From Longimicrobiales bacterium (GTDB lineage Bacteria > Gemmatimonadota > Gemmatimonadetes > Longimicrobiales > Gaopeijiaceae), in NCBI GenBank assembly GCA_965202985.1, contig CBDBCF010000001.1, forward strand, positions 800,001 through 864,000: a stretch of 64,000 bases of DNA, in the 5' to 3' direction. The position numbers and the translations under genes are program-made. Shown in pieces: positions 38,540 through 48,386 of the stretch. Numbering within the stretch: the first letter of the stretch is position 1; the number at the start of each line of letters is the position of its first letter. The notes beneath the pieces were generated by a model. That model had not been told where the DNA came from. It saw only the letters and a list, made by a program, of their open reading frames with translations, and did not search any database.

Positions 38540-39313
38540 ATGCTTGCCAACTCGTACCGGACTCGGGGCGCCAACTTCGCCTTCCTGGCGGGGCCGCCCC
38601 GGGTCCTGACGCGCCAGACGGGGATGGAGATCCATTCGGCGATCTGCGAGGCCCTGGGCGCCGACGACCTGTCGTTCAAGTACACGCCGGGCACGAGCGC
38701 GCCGGGTAGCGAGAAGCCGTTCGCCATCCAGCTGGCCCGCGACCAGGAGCCGGAGAAGCTGACCGTCGAGATCAACGGCTCCGTGCAGAACACCCCCCTT
38801 CGCCTGTTCTTCGGCTACGAGTGGCCGCAGTCGAACCACATGGCGTTCCAGGACTTCGACTTGGTGTGCGAAGCCGTTTTCAAGGTGCTGGGCGACGGCT
38901 GGCAGCGCGTGCTGGCCGAGGCTCGGGTGCGCGGGCAGGTTCACGCCAAGGGCGACTCGGCGGTGGCGTTTCTGGGGCAGAAGGTCCTGGGCGACGCCAC
39001 CGGCAACGACACCGGCGAGCTCTCCTTCGCCGCCTTCAAGTACGAGACCGCCGCCGCGGCCTTCCCCGAAGACGAACCGCTAGCGAATCCGAAGCGCGAC
39101 GTGTCGGTCGAGGTGCTGCGGGACGACGCCCGGTGCATCTACGTCGAGGTGATGTCGCAGTGGCCGCAGCTGGCCGCCGAGCCGAGCACGACGCTCCAGA
39201 TCGATCCGGACAAGATCCGGACTTTCGAATCGCCCCCCAGCATCTACTTGAACGACACGATGGAGTACACCGAGTCGGTGGTGCTCCCCATGCTGGAAAC
39301 CGCGTCAGCCTGA
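38540..39313 (+). CDS. Hypothetical protein
   Basis: 257-aa globular-looking ORF with strong GC3 bias. Confidence 0.75.
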   Translation: MLANSYRTRGANFAFLAGPPRVLTRQTGMEIHSAICEALGADDLSFKYTPGTSAPGSEKPFAIQLARDQEPEKLTVEINGSVQNTPLRLFFGYEWPQSNHMAFQDFDLVCEAVFKVLGDGWQRVLAEARVRGQVHAKGDSAVAFLGQKVLGDATGNDTGELSFAAFKYETAAAAFPEDEPLANPKRDVSVEVLRDDARCIYVEVMSQWPQLAAEPSTTLQIDPDKIRTFESPPSIYLNDTMEYTESVVLPMLETASA

Positions 39314-40057
39314 CTCCGGCGACGGGCCTTCGTCCGCGTCTTCGCCGCGCTCGCCCAGGCGGCGGGTCAGGCGCAGCGACTCGGCTTGGCGCCACGCCCG
39401 GATGCGCTGGTGGTCGCCGCTCCGCAGCACCTCGGGGACGCGCAGGCCGCGGTACTCGGCGGGGCGGGTGTAGGACGGCGCCGACACGCCGGGGCCGTCG
39501 TAGAACGAGTCCGTAGACGCCGACTCGTGGTCGCCCAGGGCGCCGGGCAGCAGCCGCACCACGGCGTCGGTCATGGCCAGGGCCGCCGCTTCTCCACCCG
39601 ACACCACGAACGGGCCCAGCGACAGCTCTTCCGTGGCCAAGTGGGAGGCCACCCGCTGGTCCACGTCCTTGTAGTGGCCGCACAGGAACGTGACCTCGGG
39701 CTGCAGGGACAGGCGCACGGCGTCGGCGTGGCCGAAGCAGGGGCCGCGGGCCGAGAGCAGGACCCGAGGTCCCTCCGGCCGCAGGTCGTCCACGGCCTCG
39801 AAGAAGGGTTCGGGCTTCATGACCATGCCGGGTCCGCCGCCGTAGGGCTCGTCGTCCACCGTCTTGTGGCGGTCGCGAGCGTAGTCGCGCAAATCCACGA
39901 CCCGGTAGACCGCCAACCCTGCCCGCACTGCCCGCCCGGGGATGCTGCACGCCAGGGGCTCGGCGAAGAACTCGGGGAAGATCGTGACGATGTTGATCCG
40001 GAGCGGTCCTTCGCCCGACTCGGTCGCCGGGGGCGTCCGGTCCTGCGCGCGCGTCAC
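39305..40057 (-). CDS. trmD: tRNA (guanine37-N1)-methyltransferase
   Basis: 'VTIFPE', 'VDDEPYGGGPGMVMK', 'SGGE', 'YTRP', 'SGDH'. Confidence 0.96.
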   Translation of the reverse strand: MTRAQDRTPPATESGEGPLRINIVTIFPEFFAEPLACSIPGRAVRAGLAVYRVVDLRDYARDRHKTVDDEPYGGGPGMVMKPEPFFEAVDDLRPEGPRVLLSARGPCFGHADAVRLSLQPEVTFLCGHYKDVDQRVASHLATEELSLGPFVVSGGEAAALAMTDAVVRLLPGALGDHESASTDSFYDGPGVSAPSYTRPAEYRGLRVPEVLRSGDHQRIRAWRQAESLRLTRRLGERGEDADEGPSPESG

Positions 40058-40641
40058 GGAAGCAGGCCGGGGGGCGGATCGACCACCATGCGCCGGCGCT
40101 CGCGGTCGAACGACACCACGACCTGGGGCGAAAGCGGGACCAGGGTTTCCCCGTCGGGTCCCGCCACCTCGAGCAGGTCGGCGGGGCACACCGGATAGAC
40201 CTCCTTGACGCGGCCCAGCAAGGCGCCGTCCACGGTGGCCACCTCGGCGCCCAAGAGCTCGTGGTAGAAGACCTCGCCGTCCTGGGACGGGTCGATGGAC
40301 TCGAAGGGGCGAAGCAAGTAGCGGCCCCGGAGCGCATCGGCCGCGGCGCGGTCCTCGATGCCGACGAACTTGGCCAAGTAGCCCTTCCGATAGGGCCGAA
40401 CCGACTCCAGGACCAGCGGGGACGCCGTTGCCGAGGGCGCTCGGCCCGCCTCGTCGGCTTGGTGGTGAACCACGCCGGGCGCGAAGTGGCTGCGGGGGTA
40501 GTCGGTCAGCGGCCACACGAAGACTTCGCCCCGAACGCCGTGGGCCTTGTTCAGGTGGCCTACGACCAGGTACGGCGGATGCTCGGCCTTCCCGGCAAGT
40601 TCGGCTTGCCCGGCGACGGGGGACGAACCATCCGCCGTCAC
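40054..40641 (-). CDS. rimM: Ribosome maturation factor RimM
   Basis: 'AHGVRGEV', 'FYHELLG'; lies between rpsP and trmD. Confidence 0.93.
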   Translation of the reverse strand: MTADGSSPVAGQAELAGKAEHPPYLVVGHLNKAHGVRGEVFVWPLTDYPRSHFAPGVVHHQADEAGRAPSATASPLVLESVRPYRKGYLAKFVGIEDRAAADALRGRYLLRPFESIDPSQDGEVFYHELLGAEVATVDGALLGRVKEVYPVCPADLLEVAGPDGETLVPLSPQVVVSFDRERRRMVVDPPPGLLP

Positions 40642-40648
40642 TCCGTCG

Positions 40649-41134
40649 TCACTCCGCCGGCGCGTCGTCCGTCGCAGGCTCGTCTTCGGCGGGCTCGTCC
40701 TCCGCGGGCTCGCCTTCCGCAGGATCGTCTTCTGCTGGCGCGGCTGCCGCGGCTTCGTCCGTTTCCGGCGCGTCCTCCGCAGGCGCGCCCTCCGCGGGCT
40801 CGTCCACCTGCGCCGCGTCCTCGGCCGCCAAGTCTTCCGCCGCCGGCGGCTGCGAAGGCTCGGCTCGCTCGCCCAGCGCGACCTTGGCGTCGCCCCCGGC
40901 CCGAGCCTTGGCCACCAGGCTCTTCACGGTGGCGGACGCGACCGCGCCCCGTCCGACCCAGTAGTCCACCCGTTCCAGATCGACCACCAGCCGGGCCGGA
41001 TCGGGCAACGGGTTGTAGTAGCCCAAGTTCTCCACGAAGCGCCCGTCCCGCGGCGCGCGGCTGTCCGCCACCACGATCCGGTAGTGCGGCTGCTTCTTCT
41101 TTCCCATCCGCCGGAGGCGAATACTTGTCGACAT
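40649..41134 (-). CDS. rpsP: 30S ribosomal protein S16 with acidic C-terminal extension
   Basis: '[31 protein letters not shown]'. Confidence 0.97.
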   Translation of the reverse strand: MSTSIRLRRMGKKKQPHYRIVVADSRAPRDGRFVENLGYYNPLPDPARLVVDLERVDYWVGRGAVASATVKSLVAKARAGGDAKVALGERAEPSQPPAAEDLAAEDAAQVDEPAEGAPAEDAPETDEAAAAAPAEDDPAEGEPAEDEPAEDEPATDDAPAE

Positions 41135-41170
41135 TGCTGTGGTCGTCTTCCCGGGAGGCTGTGCCCGTGA

Positions 41171-42514
41171 CTAGAGGTTGCGGTTGAGCATGCCGGGCAC
41201 GAGACCCTTCATGCCGGGGCCAAAGCCCTTCATTCGCTTCATCATCTTCTTCATGTCGGCGAACCGCTTCACCAGCCGGTTCACCTCCGCGACGGACCGC
41301 CCGCTTCCCCGGGCGATCCGCTTCCGTCTGGACTTGTCGAGGATCTCCGGCCGGCGCCGCTCCTCGGGCGTCATCGACAAGATGATCGCTTCGACGTGCT
41401 TCAGCGCGGCGGGGTCGATGCCCCCTGGAGGAATAGCGCCCGCCATGCCGGGAATCAACTTCATGAGCTGGTCCAGCGGTCCCATCTTCTGGACGTGGCG
41501 CATGGTGGCCAGGAAGTCCTCCAAGGTGAAGCTGCCCTTGCCGGACACCTTCCGCCGCAGCGTCTTGGCGTCCTCGTCGCCGATCGCGGCCTGGGCGCGC
41601 TCCACCAACCCCACCACGTCGCCCTTGCGCAAGATGCGGCCGGCGATGCGCTTCGGGTCCACCGCCTCCAGGCCGTCCAGCCCTTCGCCGGTGCCGACGA
41701 ACTTGAGCGGCTTGCCCGTCACGCCGCGGATCGAGAGCGCCGCCCCGCCGCGCGCATCCCCGTCCATCTTGGTCAGGACGAAGCCGGTCACGTCCAGCAC
41801 GTCGTCGAAGCCCTGGGCGATGCGGACCGCCTCCTGGCCCGTCATGGCGTCCGCGACCAGCAGGATCTCCTTGGGCTCGAGCACGGCCTTGAGCCGCGCC
41901 AGCTCGTCCATCATGGGCTGGTCGACCTGCAGTCGCCCCGCCGTGTCCACGATCAGCACGGACGCCTTCTCCCTGCGCGCCCGCCGGTGTCCTGCGCGGG
42001 CCACCTCCACGGGGTCCGACGCGCCCTCCTCGTAGTGGACGGGAACCCCCGCCCGCTTCCCCAGGACTCGGAGCTGGTCCACCGCGGCCGGGCGATACAG
42101 GTCGCACGCCGCCAGCAGCACGCCCTTCCCCGGCTTGGCCAGCCTCTTGGCCAGCTTGGCCGCCGTCGAGGTCTTCCCCGATCCCTGGAGCCCCACCAGC
42201 ATGATCACCGTGGGCGGCGCCGGCGACCACTTCAGCTCGGCGGGCTCCTCGCCGCCCACCAGCGCCGCCAGCTCGTCGTGAACGATCTTGACCACCTGCT
42301 CGCCCGGCGACACCGACTTGAGGACGCGCTCGCCCAGCGCCTTTTCCTGGACCCGAACCAGGAACTCCCGCGTGACCTTGAAGTTGACGTCGGCCTCCAA
42401 CAGGACCCGTCTCACCTCGCGCAGACCCTCGCGGATCATGGGCTCGGTCAGAAGGCCCCGCTGGCGGAAGCCCTTCAGGACCCGGTCGAGTCTCCGGCTG
42501 GTCTCTTCGAACAT
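41171..42514 (-). CDS. ffh: Signal recognition particle protein
   Basis: 'GLQGSGKT', 'DTAGR', 'TKMDGDARGG', M domain. Confidence 0.97.
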   Translation of the reverse strand: MFEETSRRLDRVLKGFRQRGLLTEPMIREGLREVRRVLLEADVNFKVTREFLVRVQEKALGERVLKSVSPGEQVVKIVHDELAALVGGEEPAELKWSPAPPTVIMLVGLQGSGKTSTAAKLAKRLAKPGKGVLLAACDLYRPAAVDQLRVLGKRAGVPVHYEEGASDPVEVARAGHRRARREKASVLIVDTAGRLQVDQPMMDELARLKAVLEPKEILLVADAMTGQEAVRIAQGFDDVLDVTGFVLTKMDGDARGGAALSIRGVTGKPLKFVGTGEGLDGLEAVDPKRIAGRILRKGDVVGLVERAQAAIGDEDAKTLRRKVSGKGSFTLEDFLATMRHVQKMGPLDQLMKLIPGMAGAIPPGGIDPAALKHVEAIILSMTPEERRRPEILDKSRRKRIARGSGRSVAEVNRLVKRFADMKKMMKRMKGFGPGMKGLVPGMLNRNL

Positions 42515-42608
42515 GGTGCTCCGCACGAGGCAGGCATCGGGGGTCGGACGAGGACCTGAAGGATAACCATTGGGATCGAGATGCAGTCCGTCGCGAGGGC
42601 CTTCCGGC

Positions 42609-43703
42609 TCACGCGCACGCCTCCGGGTTCTGTTCCAGCCACTCCATCAGCGCTTCGGCCGCCCACTGGTGGCCGGCGGCGTTCCAGTGGAAGTCGTGAG
42701 CCCAGTGCGCATCCGAGACGCGACCGCCCTGGCGCACGATGTGGGCCTCCTGGTCGACGACGGGAATGCCCCGGGCCGACGCCAGGGCGTTCAGCAAGTC
42801 GAACTGCACGTCGCCCCGCGTGCCCATCGTATGCGTCGCGAGCGCAACGAGGGCGAAGTCGTCGCGCCGGGCCCGGACCATCCACTGGTCCAAAGCAAAG
42901 ACCGTGTACTCCAACGCTTCCCGACTCGGAGACGCGAAGGAACGCGAGTCCCGGAGTACCGCCAACGCTTCCTTCTTCTTGTAAAGCATCCCCAAGGCGT
43001 AGGACCTCCGCACGATTCCTCGTTTGATGCGGTGCCAGGCGGACAACGGTGAGGGGCCGATGGGAGCGCATCCTCTCCCCCTACACGGAGGTCGAAGCTC
43101 GAAGCCTCCGTCGTCGGCCTTCGTCGCGATGACAAAGCGCTTCTTGAAGCGCACCTTGACGTTCGGATAATTGTCGTCGAAGTCGTTGCTTGTGAACACG
43201 AGCACCACGATCTTCGGCGAGGTTCTGATGACGAACTCGTCGTAGTAGCCCAGTTGGTGGATCTGTCCGGTGCCGCCCCAGCCGTACGCGGAAGCGCCGA
43301 CGCCCAGGTCGGGCACGCGCCGACGGGCCATCTCCTCGAAGCGCACATTCAACTTGTCCGACATGGGGACTTCGGCGGCATGAACGAAGGAATCGCCGAC
43401 CACGGCCACGCGACACGACGTCGAGTCGTTCCGTCCTCGCGGGGGAGGGGGGGCGAGGAAACCCCAGCGGTTGGCACGGGAGACAGTCCAGTGGTCCAGC
43501 ATGTTGGTATTGCGGACTTCCGATCCCGGTACCAAGAGAGGGCCGGCCCGGGGGTGACGGTATTCTTGCGCATCGCTGTAGCCGTAGTGAAAATCCGCCT
43601 TTGCCCGCGCCCAGACCTCCGCAACGCACGCGACGACGGCCAGCCCGCACGCGATTCCGACCGCGTTCACGACGGCGACGCGCACGTATCCGCTAACTCT
43701 CAC
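42609..43703 (-). CDS. Membrane-anchored SGNH/GDSL-like protein, copy A
   Basis: TM helix, 'NRWGF', 'VVGDSF', 'ND', 'DFHWN..GH'; GTG overlaps the copy B stop. Confidence 0.82.
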   Translation of the reverse strand: MRVSGYVRVAVVNAVGIACGLAVVACVAEVWARAKADFHYGYSDAQEYRHPRAGPLLVPGSEVRNTNMLDHWTVSRANRWGFLAPPPPRGRNDSTSCRVAVVGDSFVHAAEVPMSDKLNVRFEEMARRRVPDLGVGASAYGWGGTGQIHQLGYYDEFVIRTSPKIVVLVFTSNDFDDNYPNVKVRFKKRFVIATKADDGGFELRPPCRGRGCAPIGPSPLSAWHRIKRGIVRRSYALGMLYKKKEALAVLRDSRSFASPSREALEYTVFALDQWMVRARRDDFALVALATHTMGTRGDVQFDLLNALASARGIPVVDQEAHIVRQGGRVSDAHWAHDFHWNAAGHQWAAEALMEWLEQNPEACA

Positions 43704-44815
43704 GCGCACGCCTCCGGGTTCTGTTCCAGCCACTCCATCAGCGCTTCGGCCGCCCACTGGTGGCCAGCGGCGTTCCAGTGGAAGTCGTGAGCCCAGTGCG
43801 CATCCGAGACGCGATAGCCCTGGCGCGCGATGTGGGCCTGCTGGTCGACGACGGGAATGCCCCGGGCCGACGCCAAGGCGTTCAGCAAGTCGAACAGCAC
43901 GTCGCCCCGCGTGCCCATCGTATGCGACGCGAGCGCGACGAGGGCGAAGTCGTCGCGCCGGGCCCGGACCATCCACTGATCCAAGGCAAAGGCCGTGTAC
44001 TCCAACGCTTCCCGACTCGGAGGCGCGAAGGAACGCAAGTCCCGGAGTACCGCCAACGCTTCCTTCTTCTCGTTAAGCATCGCCAAGGCGTAGGACCTCC
44101 GCACGATTCCTCGTTTGATGCGGTGCCAGGCGGACAACGGTGTGAGAGGGCCGACGGAAGCGCATCCTCTCCCCTTGGTGGGACACGGAGGTCGAAGCTC
44201 GAAGCTTCCGTCGTCGGCCTTCGTCGCGATGACAAAGCGCTTCTTGAAGCGCACATTGACGTTCGGATAATTGTCGTCGAAGTCGTTGTGGACGAACACG
44301 AGCACCACGATCTTCGGCGAGGTTCTGATGACGAACTCGTCGTAGTAGCCCAGTTGGTGGATCTGTCCGGTACCGCCCCAGCCGTACGCGGAAGCGCCGA
44401 CGCCCAGGTCGGGCACGCGCCGACGGGCCATCTCCTCGAAGCGCGCATTCAACTTGTCCGACATGGGGACTGCGGCGGCATGAACGAAGGAATCGCCGAC
44501 CACGGCCACGCGACACGACATCGAGTCGTTCCGTTCTCGCCGGGGGGGGGGGGGGGGGGGGGGGGCGAGGAAACCCCAGCGGTTGGCACGGGAGACAGTC
44601 CAGTAGTCCAGCATGTTGGTATTGCGGACTTCCGATCCCGGTACCAAGAGAAGGCCGGCCCGGGGGTGACGGTATTTCTGTGCATCGCTGTAGCCGTAGT
44701 GAAAATCCGCCTTTGCCCACGCCCAGACCTCCGCAACGCACGCGACGACGGCCAGCCCGCACGCGATTCCGACCGCGTTCACGACGGCGACGCGGCACGC
44801 ACTCCACCTACGCAA
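43700..44815 (-). CDS. Membrane-anchored SGNH/GDSL-like protein, copy B (poly-Pro tract)
   Basis: Near-identical to copy A with the same motifs. Confidence 0.82.
   Translation of the reverse strand: MRRWSACRVAVVNAVGIACGLAVVACVAEVWAWAKADFHYGYSDAQKYRHPRAGLLLVPGSEVRNTNMLDYWTVSRANRWGFLAPPPPPPPRRERNDSMSCRVAVVGDSFVHAAAVPMSDKLNARFEEMARRRVPDLGVGASAYGWGGTGQIHQLGYYDEFVIRTSPKIVVLVFVHNDFDDNYPNVNVRFKKRFVIATKADDGSFELRPPCPTKGRGCASVGPLTPLSAWHRIKRGIVRRSYALAMLNEKKEALAVLRDLRSFAPPSREALEYTAFALDQWMVRARRDDFALVALASHTMGTRGDVLFDLLNALASARGIPVVDQQAHIARQGYRVSDAHWAHDFHWNAAGHQWAAEALMEWLEQNPEACA
44542..44565. repeat. G24 homopolymer (C24 on the coding strand)
   Basis: 24 consecutive G; copy A has G5-A-G7 at 43441-43453. 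Confidence 0.9.
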
Positions 44816-46136
44816 GGCGAATCACTTGGCTCCGGCGCGTCCCGACCGACACCATCACGATCGGCGCGCCCGCCACTTCCTGAACGCGTTCCAGGTAGGC
44901 CTGGGCGCGGCTCGGCAGGTCGCGCCAGCGCCGCGCGGCCCCAGTGGGGCTCTGCCAGCCGGGCAACGTCTCGTAGACGGGCCGTGCTTCCGCCAGTGCT
45001 CGGGCCGTCGCGGGCAGGGTGCGGTGCACGTGGGTCCCGATGCGATAGGCGGTGGCGATCTTGACTTCGGGCAAGGTGTCCAGCACGTCCAGCTTGGTGA
45101 CGGCGATCCCCGTAAGGCCGTTGACGCGGCACGCGTAGGCCGCAACGACGCCGTCGAACCAGCCGCAACGACGGGGCCGACCCGTGGTAGCCCCGAATTC
45201 GCTGCCGAGACTGCGCATGCGAACCTCCATGGCGTCCGTGAACTCGGTGGGCAACGGGCCGTTGCCGACACGGGTCGCGTAGGCCTTCGCGACCCCGGTC
45301 ACGGCGCCGATCTCGGTGGGGCCGATCCCGACCCCGGCCGCGGCGCCCCCCGCCGTCGTGGTGGACGACGTGACGTAGGGATAGGTCCCGTGGTCGACGT
45401 CCAGCGCCGTCCCTTGGGCGCCTTCCAGCAGCACGCTTTCGCCGCCGGCCAGAGCGTCGTCGATCTCCTGTCCCACGTCGGCCACCACGCCGCGCAGGCG
45501 CTCCGCCAGCTCCAGCGTTTCGTCCGGCTCGCACCCCGCGGCCGGGGCCGCGCCCAACTCCCCGAGCCGCGAGTTCGCCCGATGCAAGCTGCGCCGCACA
45601 GCCTCTTTCCCGTCCGGCTCCAGCAGGTCCGCCACGCGCACGCCCCGCCGGCTCGTCTTGTCCTCGTAGGCGGGACCGATGCCCCGTCCGGTGGTTCCGA
45701 TCTCGGACCCGTCTGCCGCCCGGCCGGCCACTTCTTCGGTCGCCCGGTCCAGAGCGCGGTGGTGGCGGAAAACCACGTGGGCACGGGCGCTCACGCCGAC
45801 GCGGCCGGCCACTTGCACGCCCCGCGCGGCCAACTCGTCGTACTCGGCAAAGAACTGTCGCGCGTCCAGCACCACGCCGTTGCCCAGCAAGCAGCGGACG
45901 CCGGGATGCAGCACGCCCGACGGGATCTGGTGCAAGACGAACTCCATGCCGCCTGCGTGAACCGTGTGGCCGGCGTTGGCCCCCCCCTGGTAGCGCGCCA
46001 CGATCTTCGCTTCCGGCGCCAGCACGTCCACGATCTTGCCCTTGCCTTCGTCGCCCCATTGGCAACCGACCACAACGGTGCACGAGCCCCGGCGCCCGGA
46101 AGTCTTCGGGGAAGGCGACCCGGCCCGGTCGGTCAT
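44808..46136 (-). CDS. purA: Adenylosuccinate synthetase
   Basis: 'QWGDEGKGK', 'GGANAGHT', 'GTTGRGIGP', 'EGAQG', 'TTGRPRRCGW'. Confidence 0.97.
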   Translation of the reverse strand: MTDRAGSPSPKTSGRRGSCTVVVGCQWGDEGKGKIVDVLAPEAKIVARYQGGANAGHTVHAGGMEFVLHQIPSGVLHPGVRCLLGNGVVLDARQFFAEYDELAARGVQVAGRVGVSARAHVVFRHHRALDRATEEVAGRAADGSEIGTTGRGIGPAYEDKTSRRGVRVADLLEPDGKEAVRRSLHRANSRLGELGAAPAAGCEPDETLELAERLRGVVADVGQEIDDALAGGESVLLEGAQGTALDVDHGTYPYVTSSTTTAGGAAAGVGIGPTEIGAVTGVAKAYATRVGNGPLPTEFTDAMEVRMRSLGSEFGATTGRPRRCGWFDGVVAAYACRVNGLTGIAVTKLDVLDTLPEVKIATAYRIGTHVHRTLPATARALAEARPVYETLPGWQSPTGAARRWRDLPSRAQAYLERVQEVAGAPIVMVSVGTRRSQVIRLA

Positions 46137-47089
46137 GCGCGGGACGGCGCGTGCCGCCTGCCGGCCCCGGGGGGTTCCGTCTGCGCCAGCAGTCCTGCCG
46201 TATCCAGCAGTCGAGCCACTTCGCCCCTCTGCTTCGCGGGCAACGGGGGCAGGGGCGGACGGGGCTCGCGACCCGCGAACCCCAGCAGGTCGAGCGCACA
46301 CTTGACGCCGGCCACGCCCATGCCGCCCACGATCGCGTTGTGCAACGGGCCCACGACTTCTTGCGCGTCTCCGGCCGCCGCGGCATCTCCGGCCGCGTAC
46401 CCCTCGCAGATGCGAACGCACAAGCGAGGCGCAAAGTTGGCCACGCCCAATATGCCCCCCGTCGCGCCCACCTCCAGCGCCGGGTACAAGAGGCTTCCGC
46501 TGCCCACCAGCACCTGAAAGCCCTCGCGCACCGCCGTCGCCAGCTCGCCCACCGCGTCGAGCTTGCCCCGCGAGTCCTTGATGCCCGCGATGTTGTCGTG
46601 TACCGAGAGCTCCGCGACCAGTCCGGTGGGAAAGTCCAGCGTGCAGAAGCGCGTGGGCACCTGGTAGACGACGACGGGGACCACCGAGTCGTCCGCGACC
46701 GCCCGATAGTGGTCGCGCACGACGGCGGGGGTCATGGCGCTCTTGTAGAAGGCTGGCGGTTGCACGAGCACGGCGTCGTAGCCTAGGTCGGCGGCGGTCC
46801 GCGACAGCCGAAGGGCGGCGCGCCTGGACTCGGCGCCCGTGCCCGCCACGAGCAGGAGGCCGTCCGGCGCGGCGTCGCGGACCGCTTCCCACACGGCAAC
46901 CCGTTCGTCCTCGTCCAGCAGCACGGCCTCGCCGGTGGAGCCCCCCACCACGAAGCCCCGCACGCCCGTCGACGCCCACTTGCGGATGTTGTCCTGCAGG
47001 CCGGGTACGTCCACGTCGCCGTCGGGTCCGAACGGCGTGGTGACCGGGATCAGCACGCCGCCGAGATCGGTGTTGCCGTTCGCGTCTAT
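46133..47089 (-). CDS. Dihydrodipicolinate synthase family aldolase/lyase
   Basis: 'TPF', 'GSTGE', 'AGIKDS'; start probably ATA/ATC after AAGGAG (first GTG is at 47056). Confidence 0.88.
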   Translation of the reverse strand: MDANGNTDLGGVLIPVTTPFGPDGDVDVPGLQDNIRKWASTGVRGFVVGGSTGEAVLLDEDERVAVWEAVRDAAPDGLLLVAGTGAESRRAALRLSRTAADLGYDAVLVQPPAFYKSAMTPAVVRDHYRAVADDSVVPVVVYQVPTRFCTLDFPTGLVAELSVHDNIAGIKDSRGKLDAVGELATAVREGFQVLVGSGSLLYPALEVGATGGILGVANFAPRLCVRICEGYAAGDAAAAGDAQEVVGPLHNAIVGGMGVAGVKCALDLLGFAGREPRPPLPPLPAKQRGEVARLLDTAGLLAQTEPPGAGRRHAPSRA

Positions 47090-48222
47090 GATCGTTGCTC
47101 CTTGGCGTTTGCGGGGGCGATGTCGGGCGCTCGGTCGGCGCGGGGAGGAGGGTAAGCGCCGGTGGCCTCCCTGACGAGCGCCAGGGTTTCGCCGGCCATC
47201 GCCCGGGCCCGCCCGGCCATCGCCGCGATCAGGCCGTCCAGGTCCTTCTCGCGCTGGACGACCTCGGCCCGACGGTCCCGCATTTGGGCGGTCAGCGCCA
47301 CCACGGCGTCCGCCGTCCGAGTCTTCAGGTCCATGTAGCGCAACCTGTCGGCAAAGTAGTCGCGCCGCATCTGTTCGGCGTCCGCCCGGCCGCCGCACGC
47401 CGTCAGCAGCGTAAGCAGGTTCTCGACGCCGGGGCTCGTCCCGCCGTCGTCCGGGCGGCCGGAGTCGGTGACCGCGGATCGGATCTTGCGACGCACCGAC
47501 GCTTCCTCTTCGAAGAGGCCGATGTAGTGCTTGGAGCCTAGGCTCTTGCTCATCTTCTTGGTCGGGTCCGCCGTGGACAGCAGCTTGGCGATCGGCGCGT
47601 GAAGGGTCTCGGGCTCGGGGAAGACGCGGCCGAAGCGGGCGTTGAATCGCCGGGCCAGCCCCCGACTCAGCTCCAGGTGCTGGGACTGGTCCCTGCCGAC
47701 CGGCACGTAGTCCGCGCGGTAGGCCAGGATGTCGGCGGCCTGCAACACCGGGTAGAAGAGGAGCCCGGAAGAAACGAACGCGCCGTCCCCGGCGTCGGCG
47801 TCCCCAGCGTCGGCGTCCCGGGCGGTCGTAGTCGGCTCTGCGCGACCGCGGCCCCCGACGGCGCCCTTGAGCAGGTCCGACTTCTCCTTGAACTGGGTCA
47901 TGCGGCCCAGGTCTCCCAGCGACGCCAAGGTGGCCAGGAACCAGCACAGTTCGGTGTGCTCGGGGACGGTGGACTGGACGAAGACCGTGCAGCGCTCCGG
48001 GTCGATGCCGGCCGACAGGAGCGACACGAACATGTCCTTGGAGGCCCGCCGCAGCTCTTCGGGGTGGTACGGCGCCGTCATGGCGTGCAGGTCCACGACG
48101 CAGTAGACGCAGTCGTGCTCGTCTTGGAGCCGCACCCAGTTCTTCACGGCCCCGAAGTAGTTGCCGAGGGTCATGACGGCCGTCGGCTGGATGCCGGAGA
48201 AGACTCTCTTGCGCGGAACCAT
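47086..48222 (-). CDS. trpS: Tryptophan--tRNA ligase
   Basis: 'SGIQPT..TLGNY.G', 'YPVLQAADIL', 'VPVG.DQ..HLEL', 'KMSKS'. Confidence 0.96.
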   Translation of the reverse strand: MVPRKRVFSGIQPTAVMTLGNYFGAVKNWVRLQDEHDCVYCVVDLHAMTAPYHPEELRRASKDMFVSLLSAGIDPERCTVFVQSTVPEHTELCWFLATLASLGDLGRMTQFKEKSDLLKGAVGGRGRAEPTTTARDADAGDADAGDGAFVSSGLLFYPVLQAADILAYRADYVPVGRDQSQHLELSRGLARRFNARFGRVFPEPETLHAPIAKLLSTADPTKKMSKSLGSKHYIGLFEEEASVRRKIRSAVTDSGRPDDGGTSPGVENLLTLLTACGGRADAEQMRRDYFADRLRYMDLKTRTADAVVALTAQMRDRRAEVVQREKDLDGLIAAMAGRARAMAGETLALVREATGAYPPPRADRAPDIAPANAKEQRS

Positions 48223-48386
48223 GGCGGGACAGGGCGAGGCGGACGGGCGACCCGGCACGAAGAGGGAGGGAACCCGAGCGGGCGGGGGTATGGACTCTAG
48301 GGCTAGACTTGTAATGTAGCATTCGACGCGCGCCCTCCTTGCTCGCGGCCCCCTGCCCCTGGCTCGCTGCCGCACGCGACCCCCGC

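Larger units (their letters stand above)
42608..44794. repeat. Tandem duplication of ~1.08 kb (42608-43682 and 43699-44794)
   Basis: Long near-identical nucleotide blocks. Confidence 0.95.
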
